A stretch of DNA of 64,000 nt, from contig CAXHJY010001326.1 in the NCBI GenBank assembly GCA_964016885.1, positions 1 to 64,000 of the forward strand. The letters run 5' to 3'. The DNA comes from Eledone cirrhosa. Lineage: Eukaryota. The translations under genes were made by a program, and so were the position numbers. Position 1 is the stretch's first letter. Each line of letters begins with the position of its first letter. Below, piece by piece: positions 24,388 to 38,416 of this stretch. The notes below the pieces were generated by a model. The model saw nothing but the letters and a program-made list of their open reading frames with translations, was not told the DNA's origin and made no database searches.

Positions 24388-24604
24388 ATAATATAAGATC
24401 AAAAGATGGTTAAAAAAGTTCCAAGTATTTTATTATGCGCATTTCAAAAACAAATATCATCATGGGTGTTTTTTAAGCTTCATATCATGTTTCCCTCTTT
24501 TATCTGATGAGAACGCAGATATCATCCCATGATGATATTTGTTTTTGAAATGTGCATAATAAAATACTTGGAACTCTTTTAACCATCTTCTGATCTTATA
24601 TTAT
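24388..24604. mobile_element. Inverted-repeat Penelope-type mini-element (about 79-bp arms)
   Basis: 24388-24466 is the reverse complement of 24526-24604; a fragment lies at 48860-48913. Confidence 0.75.
24498..24564 (+). ncRNA. Type I hammerhead ribozyme
   Basis: ttttat CUGAUGA [long stem II gcagatatcatc/gatgatatttgt] GAAA tgtgca UA ataaaa. Confidence 0.75.
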
Positions 24605-24818
24605 ATATATACAGATATGTCACTATAGTTGCATAGTTTGCTCAAGAAATGTATATTTTCTTAGGATTTCTTTCTTTTGTCTCTCATCATGATTCTGTCT
24701 GTACAGTATAGTAGAACCAACATATTTTATGCGATTATTTATATTGATTTCATACAGATATGTGTGTGTGTATATATATATATATATGTAAGTTATTCCG
24801 GGTTGAATCGGAGTTAAA

Positions 24819-24849
<31 letters not shown>

Positions 24850-25294
24850 CAAACAAACGCATAAATATATAGACATATATATGTTGGGGCTATGATAAAA
24901 TATACACAATCCAACATGTAGGGTGGTAGTGTAGGTGTCATGATGCAAAGCACTCTATCACCCAGTAAATTAGTAGTGCCAGAGTTACAAAATGAAATGT
25001 TCCCATTATATACTGTGAAGTGGTTGGCAAGGACATCCAGCTGTACTAACTAAGGCAAAACATATTCATACTTTTGTCTAAGTGCCCAATGAGAGGCTTC
25101 TTCACTCTACAGTGGTGGCCATAACTGAACCTCAAAACAAAAGGTCCCGCACACATGTTAAGTGTATGAAACTTTATTAATGCTAAATAAACTCAATTGC
25201 AATAGGTTGAGCATTGTTTATCTATGGATTACACACATATACATATATATAAATATATATATGTATGTGTATATATATATATATATATAACTTT

Positions 25295-25340
<46 letters not shown>

Positions 25341-25844
25341 TTTATATGTATATAATTATTTTGAGATAGCTATAAGTACATATATTTATTAATATGCATA
25401 TGTGGTATTCAATGTTTTTTTCAACCATCAGTTACAACTTATAAATTTGTAAAGATATTTCTACTAAAGAAGATACTTAGTATTTTATTGTTATATATTT
25501 AAACATTTATCATACTATCTTCCACCAGTTTTCTTGTCTTTAAGAACACTGAGAAAAAAGAAAATATTGTCAGGTAATGGATTCCATATCATTCAGATTA
25601 TTATATATTCAGATGTTATTGTGATGATGATGATGTGAAGGAAGGCAGGAAGATTATATGTATATACACACAGACACACATATATATATAGTCACACAAA
25701 CACACACACCCACACCCACATATATATATATATAGACACACAGACACACACACATATATATACCTACAAACATATATATACACACACACACTCTTACACA
25801 CTCACATATATATTTATATATATAAGTATTAATTTAACATCATC

Positions 25845-26035
25845 AAGGGTGGGGGATTGGCAGTATCAGTAGAGGGTCGGACGCCATGCTTTCCAGCATA
25901 GTTACGTCCCTTTACGATCTGAGTTCAAATCCCGCCGAGGTTGACTTTGCCTTTCATCCTTACGGGGTCGATAAAATAAAGTACCAGTAATGTACTGGGT
26001 AATTGCTGGCCTTGTGCCTAAAGTAGAAACAATTA
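25845..26035 (+). mobile_element. Meta-like SINE with 17-bp TSD
   Basis: TSD attaatttaacatcatc at 25828-25844 and 26032-26048. Confidence 0.9.
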
Positions 26036-26402
26036 ATTTAACATCATCTTCATATTTTATTCACTTAAGACATGTATTGGTCACAACCAGGCTTGACTCA
26101 TATAACACCATCGAGTGCTCAAACTGATGAACTACCAATAACAACTATACATGCATATAAATGCACATGAAAATAAAAAAAGAATTGGTTATATCATAGA
26201 CAGTATATTGGGATAGTAGTAGGAATTAATTATCATCATCATCACACTCACTTAAATTACATTTTTCCATGGTGGCATGGGTTGGACAAAGTCAGTATTC
26301 AATTAGAACTACTGTTTGCACAGGCGGGTCGGGGACCACATGTAGTTTAGCAAAGCTCTGATGACATGGTTTCTACATCGGATGACATGTGTATGTGTAT
26401 GA

Positions 26403-26452
<50 letters not shown>

Positions 26453-26640
26453 TTTTTCTTATTCTGCCCTGCCTGTACATTCAATCTTTCTAATTTCTCA
26501 TTCTTTCTTCTAATGAAGGACTAATGTCCAAAATGTTAAGAACCTCTTCCTGCTAATTCAAGCATTAAACTAATATGTTCCTTCCATATACTGTACCGTT
26601 TGTGTTGTTATTTCTGTTAACATTTTATTATATATATATT

Positions 26641-26738
26641 AGGTTGACTTTGCCTTTCATCCTTACGGGGTCGATAAAATAAAGTACCAGTAATGCACTG
26701 GGTAATTGCTGGCCTTGTGCCTAAAGTAGAAACAATTA
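26641..26738 (+). mobile_element. 5'-truncated Meta-like SINE
   Basis: 3' half of consensus. Confidence 0.85.
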
Positions 26739-27282
26739 TATATATATTATATCTACTCAAATGTCCTCTACACTGGCATACATTTTCAGGTGCAGATACA
26801 GCTAATGCTGTGTCTTTTCTAAGCAGACACACATCACGGGTTGTGTCTAGGAGAATATATATCTATCACAGCGAGAACAATATATTTTTCTGCTGATTTG
26901 TTGATCAATGCCAAAGAGCAACAGAACCAAGAACAATACACCACTTGCTGAAATCATGATAAAATGGAATGGATTATAAAGGTGTTCATGTGTAGGTTGA
27001 GGGTCACCTCAATAAACAAAGATAGAGAAACATTTCAATAAAACTCACATGAATTGATTTACAATGGTAGTTCATGATTCGGAAACAACAATAGTAACTA
27101 TCACCTTTATTGGATAACTTTATTAAAATAATCATTGCTAGTAGCTTATGTTAAACCTGTGTCATTAATACATATTGGTTCAAAGAATTTCTATTGCAAG
27201 ATTTAATCCTACTCCTCACTTTTACAATAGTTAATTCAATACATCAGTGGAGAAGCACGTATATATCAGTATGTGTGTTTAT

Positions 27283-27344
<62 letters not shown>

Positions 27345-28633
27345 GTATATAAAGAAGTTTGACATAGGGCCCTCATGGCTAACCTCTGCATTAGCAGGGA
27401 AAATGGCCCTAAAAACGCTTGCTGTCACTGCTGTGTGTATGTATGAATGTATCCCAGAAAACGCTTACTGTCGTTCATGTGTGTATATATACATACATAC
27501 ATATATATGTATGTATGTAATGTATGTGTGTATGCCTATATTTTATGTATATTAATATTACTAATGAGACTTCAAGAGAGGAAGTAGCCACTTAAATGAA
27601 TAAAGAAATGAAACGCTCATATCTAGAAGAATATATTAATCCTTTCATGACCATAATTCTAATGAAATACACTGTTCATGTGTTTAAATTAATTTGGAAA
27701 ATAATCAAGAATTTAATAAAATAACCAACTCCTGCATTATTAAGCGAGAGTATAGAATATAGCAAAAGTTTCTTAAAATGCACCAAGTGCATTCTGAAAA
27801 TAGGTAGTGCTGGTACCATAATAAAATACATTCAGTACAATCTGTAAAGTGGGAATGCAACTGGCAGAGTAGAGTACACACAGTCAAGTGGTTGGTGGTA
27901 GAAAGAACAACCAGCCATTGAAATCATCCACAATGGCATGTATGAGCAAGACATGGCCTTCTGATCCATCTAATATCAGCCAGTGACAACCTGTCCAACT
28001 TATGCCATCATGGAAAAACAGAAGTATGATGATGGTGATGGTGGAGGAGGGGTTGTTTTAAAGAAAGGATTAAACAAATAATGGTGAACTACATCACAAT
28101 ATCAACTAGAAATCAAAATCAAGACTACTAAAACACAGTCATATACCAACAGCAGTACTATTACCAGTGCCAGCACCAACATCAGTACTAACAACAGCAT
28201 CAATATCAGCACCAGTGCCAGAACCAGAATCAGTACTAGCAACAGCACCAGTACTAGCACCAGCACCATAAGATCGATAAATCCTGCAAAGCTTGCCAAC
28301 ACATTGGACAATGAACAAATACTGAATTGAAATCCTTGTACTTAAGGCATTTTCTTGTCTTTAAATTTTAGACATTATTACAGTGTTATCATTAACAGTA
28401 AGTTTAAGGTACAGAAACTATACGAATATACAAAAACAAACAAGGAAATAAACAAAGAAATGATAATAATAGAAAATTAAAAAGAATAATACAGAGGAAC
28501 TTATGTTAAGATAACAACAAAAAGAAAATGTAACAAACCGATCACTGTTGGCATTAGTGATAGTTCTATGAAAAATAGTATTTTTAGATCAAAATAACAG
28601 TTTAAGAATGATTTTTGGTACTGTTTATTCCTA

Positions 28634-28707
<74 letters not shown>

Positions 28708-28766
28708 AAATGGCATACCGCCTATGGAAGCATCTTAGCTACCATCAGACTCACACACACACACAC

Positions 28767-28812
<46 letters not shown>

Positions 28813-29649
28813 TTTTTAAAGTTAGATAAATTGTGAGTTGAAATCATGTTGGCAATCGTCGGACATCAATTACTCCTAAGGATACATTTAAATTTTACAA
28901 TAAAACTCGCAAACAACTGTATGTTGTTTGCTAAATCATTTCATGATAAGTTACATACCAACACATTGTGTGTGAGAGTGTTTGTCTGCTTCTCTCTCTC
29001 TCTCTCTCTCATTCCATATATCATTGAGATATATGGTTAACAATGTGTTGCAAAAGTTGGTACAACATGAATAGGAAATAGAGTAGAATGAAATAAAGAC
29101 CAAACAATAGTTTTTACCTTATATTTTCGTCTGACAAAAAACATCTACAAAAATGTCACACCTGAGATATTGAGGTCACTAGAAATGCCGCCATGAGAGA
29201 CATTGGTAATTTACGCATTAAAGAGGCTATTCTTATCAACAGGTATAAACTTATATATAACAGATTTGAATTACATGAGGTTGACTGGCTTTTCATGCAA
29301 AGGTGAAAAGTTTTGCTTGAAATGTATTCTCTTGTTAATGAAATAAGATACAACATATTATTTTCACTCAATAATTATATTTTATTCTGTGTGTATAGTG
29401 GTTGGTGTTAAGAAGGTTCTCCAGTTGTACAAAACAAGCTCAAATAGGAATGTAGGAGCAGGAAGTGCACCTTCAACCCATATAGGAAGGTATATATGGA
29501 CCTGTAACTCCCGGGGGAGTCGTATGGGTGCCAAATTGACATACAGCATTTCTAGGACATTTTAAAACCTGGTGGAACCCATCTCCTCTCAAGGAGATTT
29601 CTTCCAGAGAAGGATAGAGAGTGAGAAAGAGATGTAGAGGAAGAATCAA

Positions 29650-29800
29650 CCCCAGTTCTAGCCAGGTACTTTTTTATCAACCTTAAATGGCTGAAAGGCA
29701 AAGTTGACTTTGGCAGGATTTGAACTCAGAAAACAGAGTTGGAACCAGTGCCACAAAGCATTCTATGTGACGTTCTAATGACTGCTAATTCATTGCCTTT
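29650..29800 (-). mobile_element. Diverged Meta-like SINE
   Basis: gaaaggcaaagttgactttggcaggatttgaactcag. Confidence 0.7.
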
Positions 29801-29914
29801 GTAGGAAGGTAGTAATTCTTAATAAGAACTGATTCTCATGATGACAACTCAATCAGCCTATACCAGCATGGAAGGTAGATATAAAATGACTATGACATCA
29901 TATTAACTAAGATA

Positions 29915-29973
29915 TTCATCCCGCTACTATTTAGAGCTGCTGTTTCAGCATGATTATGCTTCTTCAGGACGAA
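29915..29973 (-). ncRNA. Degenerate hammerhead fold
   Basis: ttcgtc CUGAAGA agcat-aatc-atgct GAAA c...gatgaa; no canonical NUH site. Confidence 0.4.
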
Positions 29974-30344
29974 CTAAGTAAGGGGACCATTGTATTTATT
30001 AAATATATTAAAGATTCAGAAGAAGAAAAAGAAGATTATTAACTGTAAGAAGAAAGAAAAATAAATATATACTGGCTTGAAACTGATTCCCAACTGATGT
30101 ATTTAGAGTGTAACAAATATGATTCTGTGTTGATAAATTTAAGGAGGACAAGTAAGAGAACATCTGAACATTGGACAGCATAATGAATTACATAAGAAGA
30201 CACAAACAACGAAGACAGAACAAAACAAATGTTCATTCAGAGATTTAGTTTAATGGTTAATTGCTTGTTGGTAGTATTCAAGCATGATAGCTTGCATGCA
30301 TTGATTAAGTAAATATCTTGTGTTTTACTTTACACACACACACG

Positions 30345-30378
<34 letters not shown>

Positions 30379-30849
30379 AAGCGATGAAACTTACAATTTT
30401 ATACTGTACTATACAGACCAGGACTAATCAATAACAAGACCAATGATCAATATTAATAATGATAATAATAATAAAAAAAATAATAAAAGTAATCTTTTCT
30501 TTATTACTGCCATCGGGGTCCTTTCATGTATACAATTAATACATTGTACATAGAGTTACAAAGCATGTGAGGATGGACAGACACAAAGTTATATAAAAAA
30601 ACCCCATAAAAGTGTGGGTGGGTGGTAATAGAGACATCATACAATCTCTTGTGTTTTGTCTGATAATCCTGTGAGTACAGGTGAAACTCCAGGGTAAAAG
30701 GAGTCACCACTTAGCCATAATAAAGAACATATAAGAATATGCTAAACATCTGATATAAATTAAATAAATAGATAATTATTTAAAAGCCCAATTCATTTAG
30801 AAAATATAAAAACTATTCAAAGTAACATCCTCCCAAACAGGATAGACCA

Positions 30850-31300
30850 CACCAGCTCAGGCAGGTAGAGTACCTTATGTATTTTCTTGTTTCATAGGCC
30901 ATGTAGAAATTTGTCCCGAATGAGTTGCTGAGTAGTTTCAGAGTAATTGGGTGATAGGAAAGAGCTCATATTCTCCTGAAAGCTCAGATATAATTTTCAA
31001 TAGACTACAGATATGATGTGTACAAGCAATCTTTCTCTCGAGTGTTCTCTGTAATCTTCCATCATTTTTTCACAAACCACCAACTTCTCAGTTCTGTTTT
31101 CTTGCCTGGAAGACTTTAGGAAGTTTAGGTACTTGTTAAATATTATCAGTAGAGTAAACGTCATGGTTTCTCAGAGGAGGTGGGCTTCTTAGTCTTGGCT
31201 CCTTTTGGGGAGGGGGTGAACTTCTTGTCACTGTTTTTGTATGCTTTCTCTTAGGATTAACTGTTCTTTTAGGGGTCCCCTTTTCCTATTCTTTGTACTA
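30850..31300 (-). mobile_element. Possible decayed LTR-retrotransposon gag remnant
   Basis: SIENYI...QQLIRDKFLHGL motif with stops and frameshifts. Confidence 0.3.
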
Positions 31301-32347
31301 TCCTCAACAGTTTTCCACCGATGTTTGCTCTTCATGCATGACCTCAATATTGCAATGATGAGGTGGCACTGCAGGTTGTAACTGAGGCTGACTTAGGACT
31401 GAACAAAAACAACAGTGGCAGCAGGTCAGATATCTATAGAGATAGTGTATCAGACTGTCAGTCAAAGACAAAGATTTCTACCCAGTCATTGGGGTGTATT
31501 GTACCCTCACTGATACACTCTAAAATAGATTTTTATTTGTTTCAACAATGAGTACTGTGTTCAAATGTTGGACCTTTGAATAACATATACTATCCATCCA
31601 ACAGTCTTGTACACAATTTCTGTGCAGCCAATTTCAATTAAAATGCATGGGTTGACTCAAGGCTTTATTAAAAGATACTTGTCAAAATCCAGGACCTTGT
31701 CATTGCAAATCAAACTTCTTGCCATTTTGCAATCTGCACCCAAGGTACAATCTGCATGTTATTTTTTTGTTTTTATTTTTGGTTTCTTTTTTTGGGGTGG
31801 GTGGGTGTGTGTGTATTAACTGTAGACATTCTGCTTAAACTACTATAGATCCACTTCATTTGGAAGGACATGAACAGAGAAGGAGTTCTAGAAGTTTGAT
31901 ATTCTGAGCACATGGATGTGAAGTGAACTTCTTGACTACACAACTATGCTTAATAACAACTATTGATAATGATATAAACAAGAAAAGAAAATTAAATGAA
32001 AGGATATATGTATACATCGTATATATTGTCTTTCATTTAATTTAATACGTGTGTGTGTATGTGTATGTGTGTATTATGTTGAGTATCCAAAAGTATATGA
32101 AATCAATGGATTTCAACTAGAAAACTATCCAAGATTTGACATCTTCATTAAAAAAAGTTAATAAACTCATCAAAAATAAAGTTGAATACCTAACATTTTT
32201 GATCAATTTTCCAATGACTTATAAACTTCTGATAATATAATAGATAGATATTTCTAAAGTTCTTCCCAAGTTCTCTTCACTTTCCCACCAAACAACAGAT
32301 CCTAGCAGCAATGAATAGCAAGCAATTCTAGTGATTTTCTTTATCTT

Positions 32348-32380
<33 letters not shown>

Positions 32381-32814
32381 TTACCTACCTATCTATCTAT
32401 CTGTATATCTAGCTGTCTATCTTTCTATCTACCTAGCAGCAAAGTTTCATTTGACAAGTAAATGAAATCCATTGTGGTGTGTCTCATATTTCTTTTGCAG
32501 GGCCATTGATAACCATTATATCAACAGAGGAATTAGTGGGCTGGTAGGTAGGTAGCTGTACAGCAATGGTGTGTAATCTAGGGAGGGTATTTTTTGTTAA
32601 TATTGGCTGTGGCACTAAGGAGTAATGGTGACAATGGATGTATATACAGGGGGGGGGGGGGTATTTTCTGTTAATGTTGACTGTGGTACTAGGAGCAGAA
32701 GTTACGATGGCAGAAGGATTGGTAGAGTTATAAGGGATTTGGATTACATTTTTCTTTAGTATTTCTTCTATTTATCTGTTGTTGCCAAAGTATTATAAAT
32801 GAAAGTTTATACAC

Positions 32815-33075
32815 ATCAACATATTACAAATGAATGCTTATACCAAGACTTGCCCAAGATAACAACAATTGCTCAAAGACGGTTATGAATTGCAGGACAT
32901 TGCTGGAGAAGTAAGCAGGAAGTTATACAAAAGCTACTATTCCGGGAACCAATTCATGAGAGATGCAGTAGAAGAAGACCTGCTCGAAGCTTCATCAATC
33001 AACTCTCAGACAAACCTCAGTAGGGAACAGTTGCCAGGAGCAATGAAAAATTGTAGGGAGACTTCGTGAGGAATG
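32815..33075 (+). mobile_element. RTE-X-like LINE RT C-terminal remnant
   Basis: LPKITTIAQRRL*IAGHCWRSKQEVIQKLLFREPIHERCSRRRPARSFINQL. Confidence 0.7.
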
Positions 33076-33959
33076 TTTGACTGTGGTCACAATGATTATG
33101 GTCTCTGTTGAGTTCAAACTCCACCTAATTCAACTTTGCATTTAATCCTTTCTAGATCAATAAATAAAATATCAATTCATGAGCAGTAGATTGCAGAATT
33201 GCTAAAGCATCAGATTCGATGCTTTGCCATATCTGTTCTAGCTCTGTGCATTCTGTGTTGAAATCCCTCATTTTGTTACAGGAAAAATGGTGACACTTCT
33301 GCCAGAATATTATCAGCAATGGGAAATATAGTTTTCTTGATCTCAACTGGTAAATCAGCTTCTTTTCATTATTTTACTTCATTTAAATTACTTCATTTAA
33401 ATATTATACATTTTACTGATCTCACTTGAGTAATTTTCCTTTAGCCTGCTAAGTTCTTTTGCATTTAATAACAATTTCTTTCTGCCTTACAGTTGACCTC
33501 AGTAGGTTTTGAACTGTCAGGGCAAAGAGTACAAATAATTATTTCTGATATCCTACTGACTCATCTAATTAACCAGCTTTTTATGAAAGGCAAACTGCAA
33601 ATGAGTGCAATGTTTACAATCTTATAGGTACAAACTGCATGTAATTGCATAGAAGCATGAATAGCTAAATGTTGGAAAAATTGGCTTCACAATCAGTATG
33701 TCTTAGGACTTGCAAAGCCTCTTGAGAGATTTTACCATAGACATGAATTGTCACAAGACTTGTGAATGAAATTAGATAGAGGGAAACATATGTGAGACTT
33801 ATCAAATTCCAACTGGATCACATATGTCAAACTGGTTCAACTTAAGATTAGAAGATTAGATTACAGGTAAACATGTCTATAATATGCAATCACTTACACA
33901 TTAATTCTCAAACTTTATACACATTGTCAAAACCAATTAATTTCATATACAATAATGAT

Positions 33960-34140
33960 AATGTTTCTACTTTTGGCACAAGGCCAGCAATTACCCCAGT
34001 GTATTACTGGAACTTTATTTTATCGACCCCATAACGATGAAAGGCAAAGTTGACCTTGGCAGGATTTGAACTCAGAATGGCAAGGGCCATAACTCTATGT
34101 GTCAAAGCATGGCATCCAATCCTCTACCAATCCACCACCA
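33960..34140 (-). mobile_element. Meta-like SINE
   Basis: Matches consensus. Confidence 0.85.
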
Positions 34141-34541
34141 ATAATAATAATAGATATAAAATTATTACCATATGATTTTATTGAATAGCACATAGTTGTT
34201 TACTTTAAATACATTTTCTAAAGCATTTTAAAAAGCTAATTAATATTTAATTATATAAACATATACATATAATTAAACTATAATTACATACATACACACA
34301 CCCACACATATGTATACATACACAAAGAAACACACACGCACATATATATTTATGCAATGTATGTGTGTATATATATATATATGTGTGTGTATACATCAAG
34401 CATAAAATAATGATCAAGTAACAAAATAAAGACAAGAAAAAGAATGAAAGGAATATTTAAAAGTATATATCAGATGCAATAATAAAAAGCCAATATAGAA
34501 CACTATATACAACACACGTGCGAGCACACACACACACACAC

Positions 34542-34572
<31 letters not shown>

Positions 34573-34751
34573 CATATGTATATATATAAGTGCTGCTTTG
34601 TTAGCAAAAACTCTGTCTCCTGAAATATGACAGCTAAACAAAGTTGGCTGTTGCAATATAAAACTTCAATATTCACCCAGCTAGATGTGTATGTTGGTAT
34701 GGTACTCTCTCTCTCTCTCTCTGTATGTATGTGTATATATGTATCTATCTA

Positions 34752-34793
<42 letters not shown>

Positions 34794-35449
34794 TATAGAT
34801 AGATAGATAGATAGATAGATAGATTTAGATATGTATGCATGTAGTTATATATGTATGGGTGTGTAGATATATGTATGTAGGCATGTATATATGTAGGCAT
34901 GTATATACAAATAATTATTTGATGTAAAAATATTTTTCTTATGCATTTTTACACCAAAGTAGCTGTAGCTGTCTGTTTTAGAAATGGGAATGAATAGACA
35001 AATAATTGTCTTTCTTTATTTATACAACTACAATAATACAACATAAATTAATATAAACAAATATCATTACATATAAATATATATATATACAGCTTTCTTT
35101 CTGCTGCTGCTGCTGTTGTTGTTGTTACACTTGGAGAACATTATTTTATATAATCAAATTTTAACTGCATGGCTATTTTATTTATAAATTCCTTTTTTCC
35201 TTTATTTCAATTAGGTAGTGTATAAATTATTAATGTAAGCTGAGTAGGCAGGGAGAAAAAGATAGAAAGAATTAAGCAAAACGAGGCAAAGGATTGAGAT
35301 AAAGAGAGAAAAGAAGAGAGAGAATAATTTCTATAATTTTTTTTAGTGTTCCACGTAGAAAATGTGCACATATTTAATGAACTAATCTCATATACTTATT
35401 ATGCATTTCATGCATGCATATATATATATACATACATATATATATATAC

Positions 35450-35492
<43 letters not shown>

Positions 35493-35513
35493 ATAGATGA
35501 GATTATATATATA

Positions 35514-35868
35514 TCATCATCATCATCATCATCATCATTTCCTTTTACGTCTGCTTGTCCCTGCTTGCAAGGGTGGGACGGGAACTGATTCTGGCTTGAT
35601 TTCTACAGCTGGATGCCCTTCCTAACACCAACCTCATTTACAGTCAGTGCTGGGTGCTTTTTTGCCGTGGCACCTCCACGACCACTTTACAGTGGAATGA
35701 TAGGGACCCCAGTCTCTATCATCTCATTTCTACAGCTGAGTAAACTGGAGCAATGTGAAATAAAGTGTCTTGCTCAAGGAAACAACAACACATCACCCGG
35801 TCTGAGAATCGAAGTCACGACCTTTTGATTGCAAGGCCAATGCTCTAACCACTAAGCCATGCGCCTCC
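35514..35868 (-). mobile_element. Full-length tRNA/CORE SINE with bipartite RTE body and (GAT)n tail
   Basis: A-box tggcttagtgg, B-box-like ttcgattct, CORE-like segment, ggtgttaggaagggcatcc, RTE 3' tail. Confidence 0.9.
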
Positions 35869-35877
35869 ATATATATA

Positions 35878-36890
35878 TACGAGCTGGGTCAGAAAAGTTC
35901 CAGGACTGATGTCACAAAAGATTTATTTCAAACCCAAACTTCACACTAAGAGTTTTCTCCTTCAAAATAATCCCCCTGGAGTATGTAACTGTAATCTTTG
36001 CTCTCTGCAGCGATCAAACTTTTTTCTTCATAATTTTATATACATGTCCTCTGTTTCAGGTCGTCAAGCAATGAGTACAGAGCAACGAACAAACTTGAAA
36101 ACTCTGTCAGAAGCACTGGGATTGCTGCAGCCAGTGTATGGAGATGAGACGATGCCACGCTCACGTGTTTTTGAGTGGTGCAAGAGGTTTAAAGAAGGAC
36201 TTGAGGACGTGGAAGATGACCCCAGGAGTGGAAGGCCCTCAACAACCAGGATTGAGGTCAACGTTGAGCCTGTCAGGCAGATGGTGCGTAGCGAACGTTG
36301 GCTGACTGTTCAACTGATGGCAAATGAGCTGGGCATGTATTGGGACAGCGTCTGGAAGATTCTCACTAAAGATTTGGACATGCGGAAAGTCTGCGCGAAG
36401 ATGGTGCCAAAACTGCTGAACGATGACCAGAAGGGTCGACACATGCAAGTGTGCCAGGACATCCTCGAGCATCTTGAAGCCGAACCAGACTTGCTAGAGA
36501 CAGTCATCATCGGTGATGAGTCATGGATCTTCGAGTACGACCCGGAGGGGACCCGTTTTGAAGTACAAGTATAAACCAAGGTGATGTGCATTGTGAATAC
36601 ACCACAGGAAGCCCTCCAACATTTTCATAAAGCAGTTTGGAGCAAGAGATCGGATCAGCGGGTCTTAAAAATCTGGCAGCTGCATCACAACAAGATCCCA
36701 GCTCATTCATCAGAGCTAATCCAAGGTTTCTTGGCAAAACAAGACATTTTACTCATTGGTCAGCCTCTCTACTCTCCAGACAGGATTCCTACTGACATCT
36801 GGTCGATTCTCAAAATGAAGATGTCACTGAAAGGCCCTTGCCTTGAGAACTGAGAAGGTATCATGTGGACTGTGGTGGCAGAGCTGAGAG
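35878..36890 (+). mobile_element. Mariner transposon relic (internally deleted transposase)
   Basis: TA-CGAG.. left end; RVFEWCKRFKEG..VEDDPRSGRPST, KVCAKMVPKLL, IIGDESWIFEYDPE, LHHNK.PAH, PLYSPD. Confidence 0.9.
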
Positions 36891-37370
36891 GCTATACACA
36901 CACGCACACACACATATATACATATTTGGTATAAATCTAAGTTATTGCTGCAGCAGAGCAGATATCAATTGAATTGTTTAAGATGGTCACAAAGCACTCG
37001 ATGGTGCAAAAACCTAATACATTATTCATCCAGAGTAAACCCACAGATAAGTAAGTGAACGCCATGAAAAAAAACAACCAGGTGTATGTGGCCATAGTGT
37101 ATAGTCACAACGAGGATAAATACAAACAGGTGGGATATATATATATCTTTATATATACACAATATGCACATACACATATATACATATACGTACATATATA
37201 CACACAAACAAACATGCTACAGAATAATAAAATGCCATCTGGACTGTCTATTCAAATAATGAGAATTTTCTAGTGAATCTATTGAATCCTGACCTGCTGA
37301 ACCCAACTTCCTTCTTCATAAAGAACATATATATTTATTATTATTATATATTTATTATTATTATTATTAA

Positions 37371-37570
37371 AGGGCGGGGAATTGGCAATATCGGTAGAGG
37401 GTCGGACGCCATGCTTTCCAGCATAGTTACATCCCTTTACGATCTGAGTTCAAATCCCGCCAAGGTTGACTTTGCCTTTCATCCTTACGGGGTCGATAAA
37501 ATAAAGTACCAGTAATGCACTGGGGTAATTTCTGGCCTTGTGCCAAAAGTAGAAGCAATTATTATTATTA
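37371..37570 (+). mobile_element. Meta-like SINE in (ATT)n
   Basis: Consensus match, flanked by att repeats on both sides. Confidence 0.9.
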
Positions 37571-38339
37571 GAAGATTACTGCTATTGTTTATGTGTATAA
37601 AGGTGCCTATATGTGGATGTATGTATATATGTATGTATATAGGTATGAATTTTTATCCTTACATGAGTTAATATACGTACGCAAGTACGTATGTTTATTA
37701 GTACGTGCATATAAGTATGGACATATATACATATATATATATATATGTATATATATTCATATATACATATCTACTAATATATACATATATATCTAGACAT
37801 ATTTCATCAGTGACTGATAATCTTAAAATCCAATTCAGTTACGAATGACACCATGGGTTTTGTACATATAATGTTCTCTGAGACACAAGCCATAAGACCA
37901 GTAACTGCTCATACATACTTGTCTCCCCTCGCCATGTCTCTGACATTGTCCAAGGGAAAGGCAAAGGCTGATACAGCTTAGCACCATTGACATGGCAACT
38001 CATTTCCAGCTGAATGAACTAGAGCAATGTCAAATAACATGTCTTGCTCATGTATATATTTATGTGTGTGTGTGTGTGTGCGTATATATATTAACACTTA
38101 ACATTTAATATTCTACCATACTATTTCATTATAATATCATTATAATTTTAAAGGATTGTAAATAAAATGAGTAAATCAGACAAAGTTGGAATTCCTTTTA
38201 TTAATATAATCTTCTATACACAATCATACACACCCGTGTATATATATATTCATAATTACGCATGATGTGGAACTAGCCTGCTTTTAAATTCCCTTTTGGC
38301 ATATTGTAAACAGTGGTTTAGGGTTATCATGTGTTTAAA

Positions 38340-38416
38340 CTCTGCTGATGATCGATTCCAACCGTGACCATCCCCACTGAAAGTTTCGTGAAATAGTCTT
38401 TTAAGACTATACAGAG
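38340..38416 (+). ncRNA. Type I hammerhead fold with long stem III
   Basis: ctctg CUGAUGA ... GAAA tagtctt-tt-aagacta UA cagag; stem II imperfect. Confidence 0.6.

Noticed and set aside
26505-26543. Hammerhead-like ctaatga aggac-taat-gtcc aaaa
   Set aside because: Two core positions are mutated; counted only as a possible relic.
28102-28311. Hydrophobic VL-rich ORF (similar at 3135)
   Set aside because: Degenerate trinucleotide or hexanucleotide repeat with no splice or domain support.
35790-35868. tRNA-like sequence
   Set aside because: SINE head continuing into a CORE domain, not a standalone tRNA gene.
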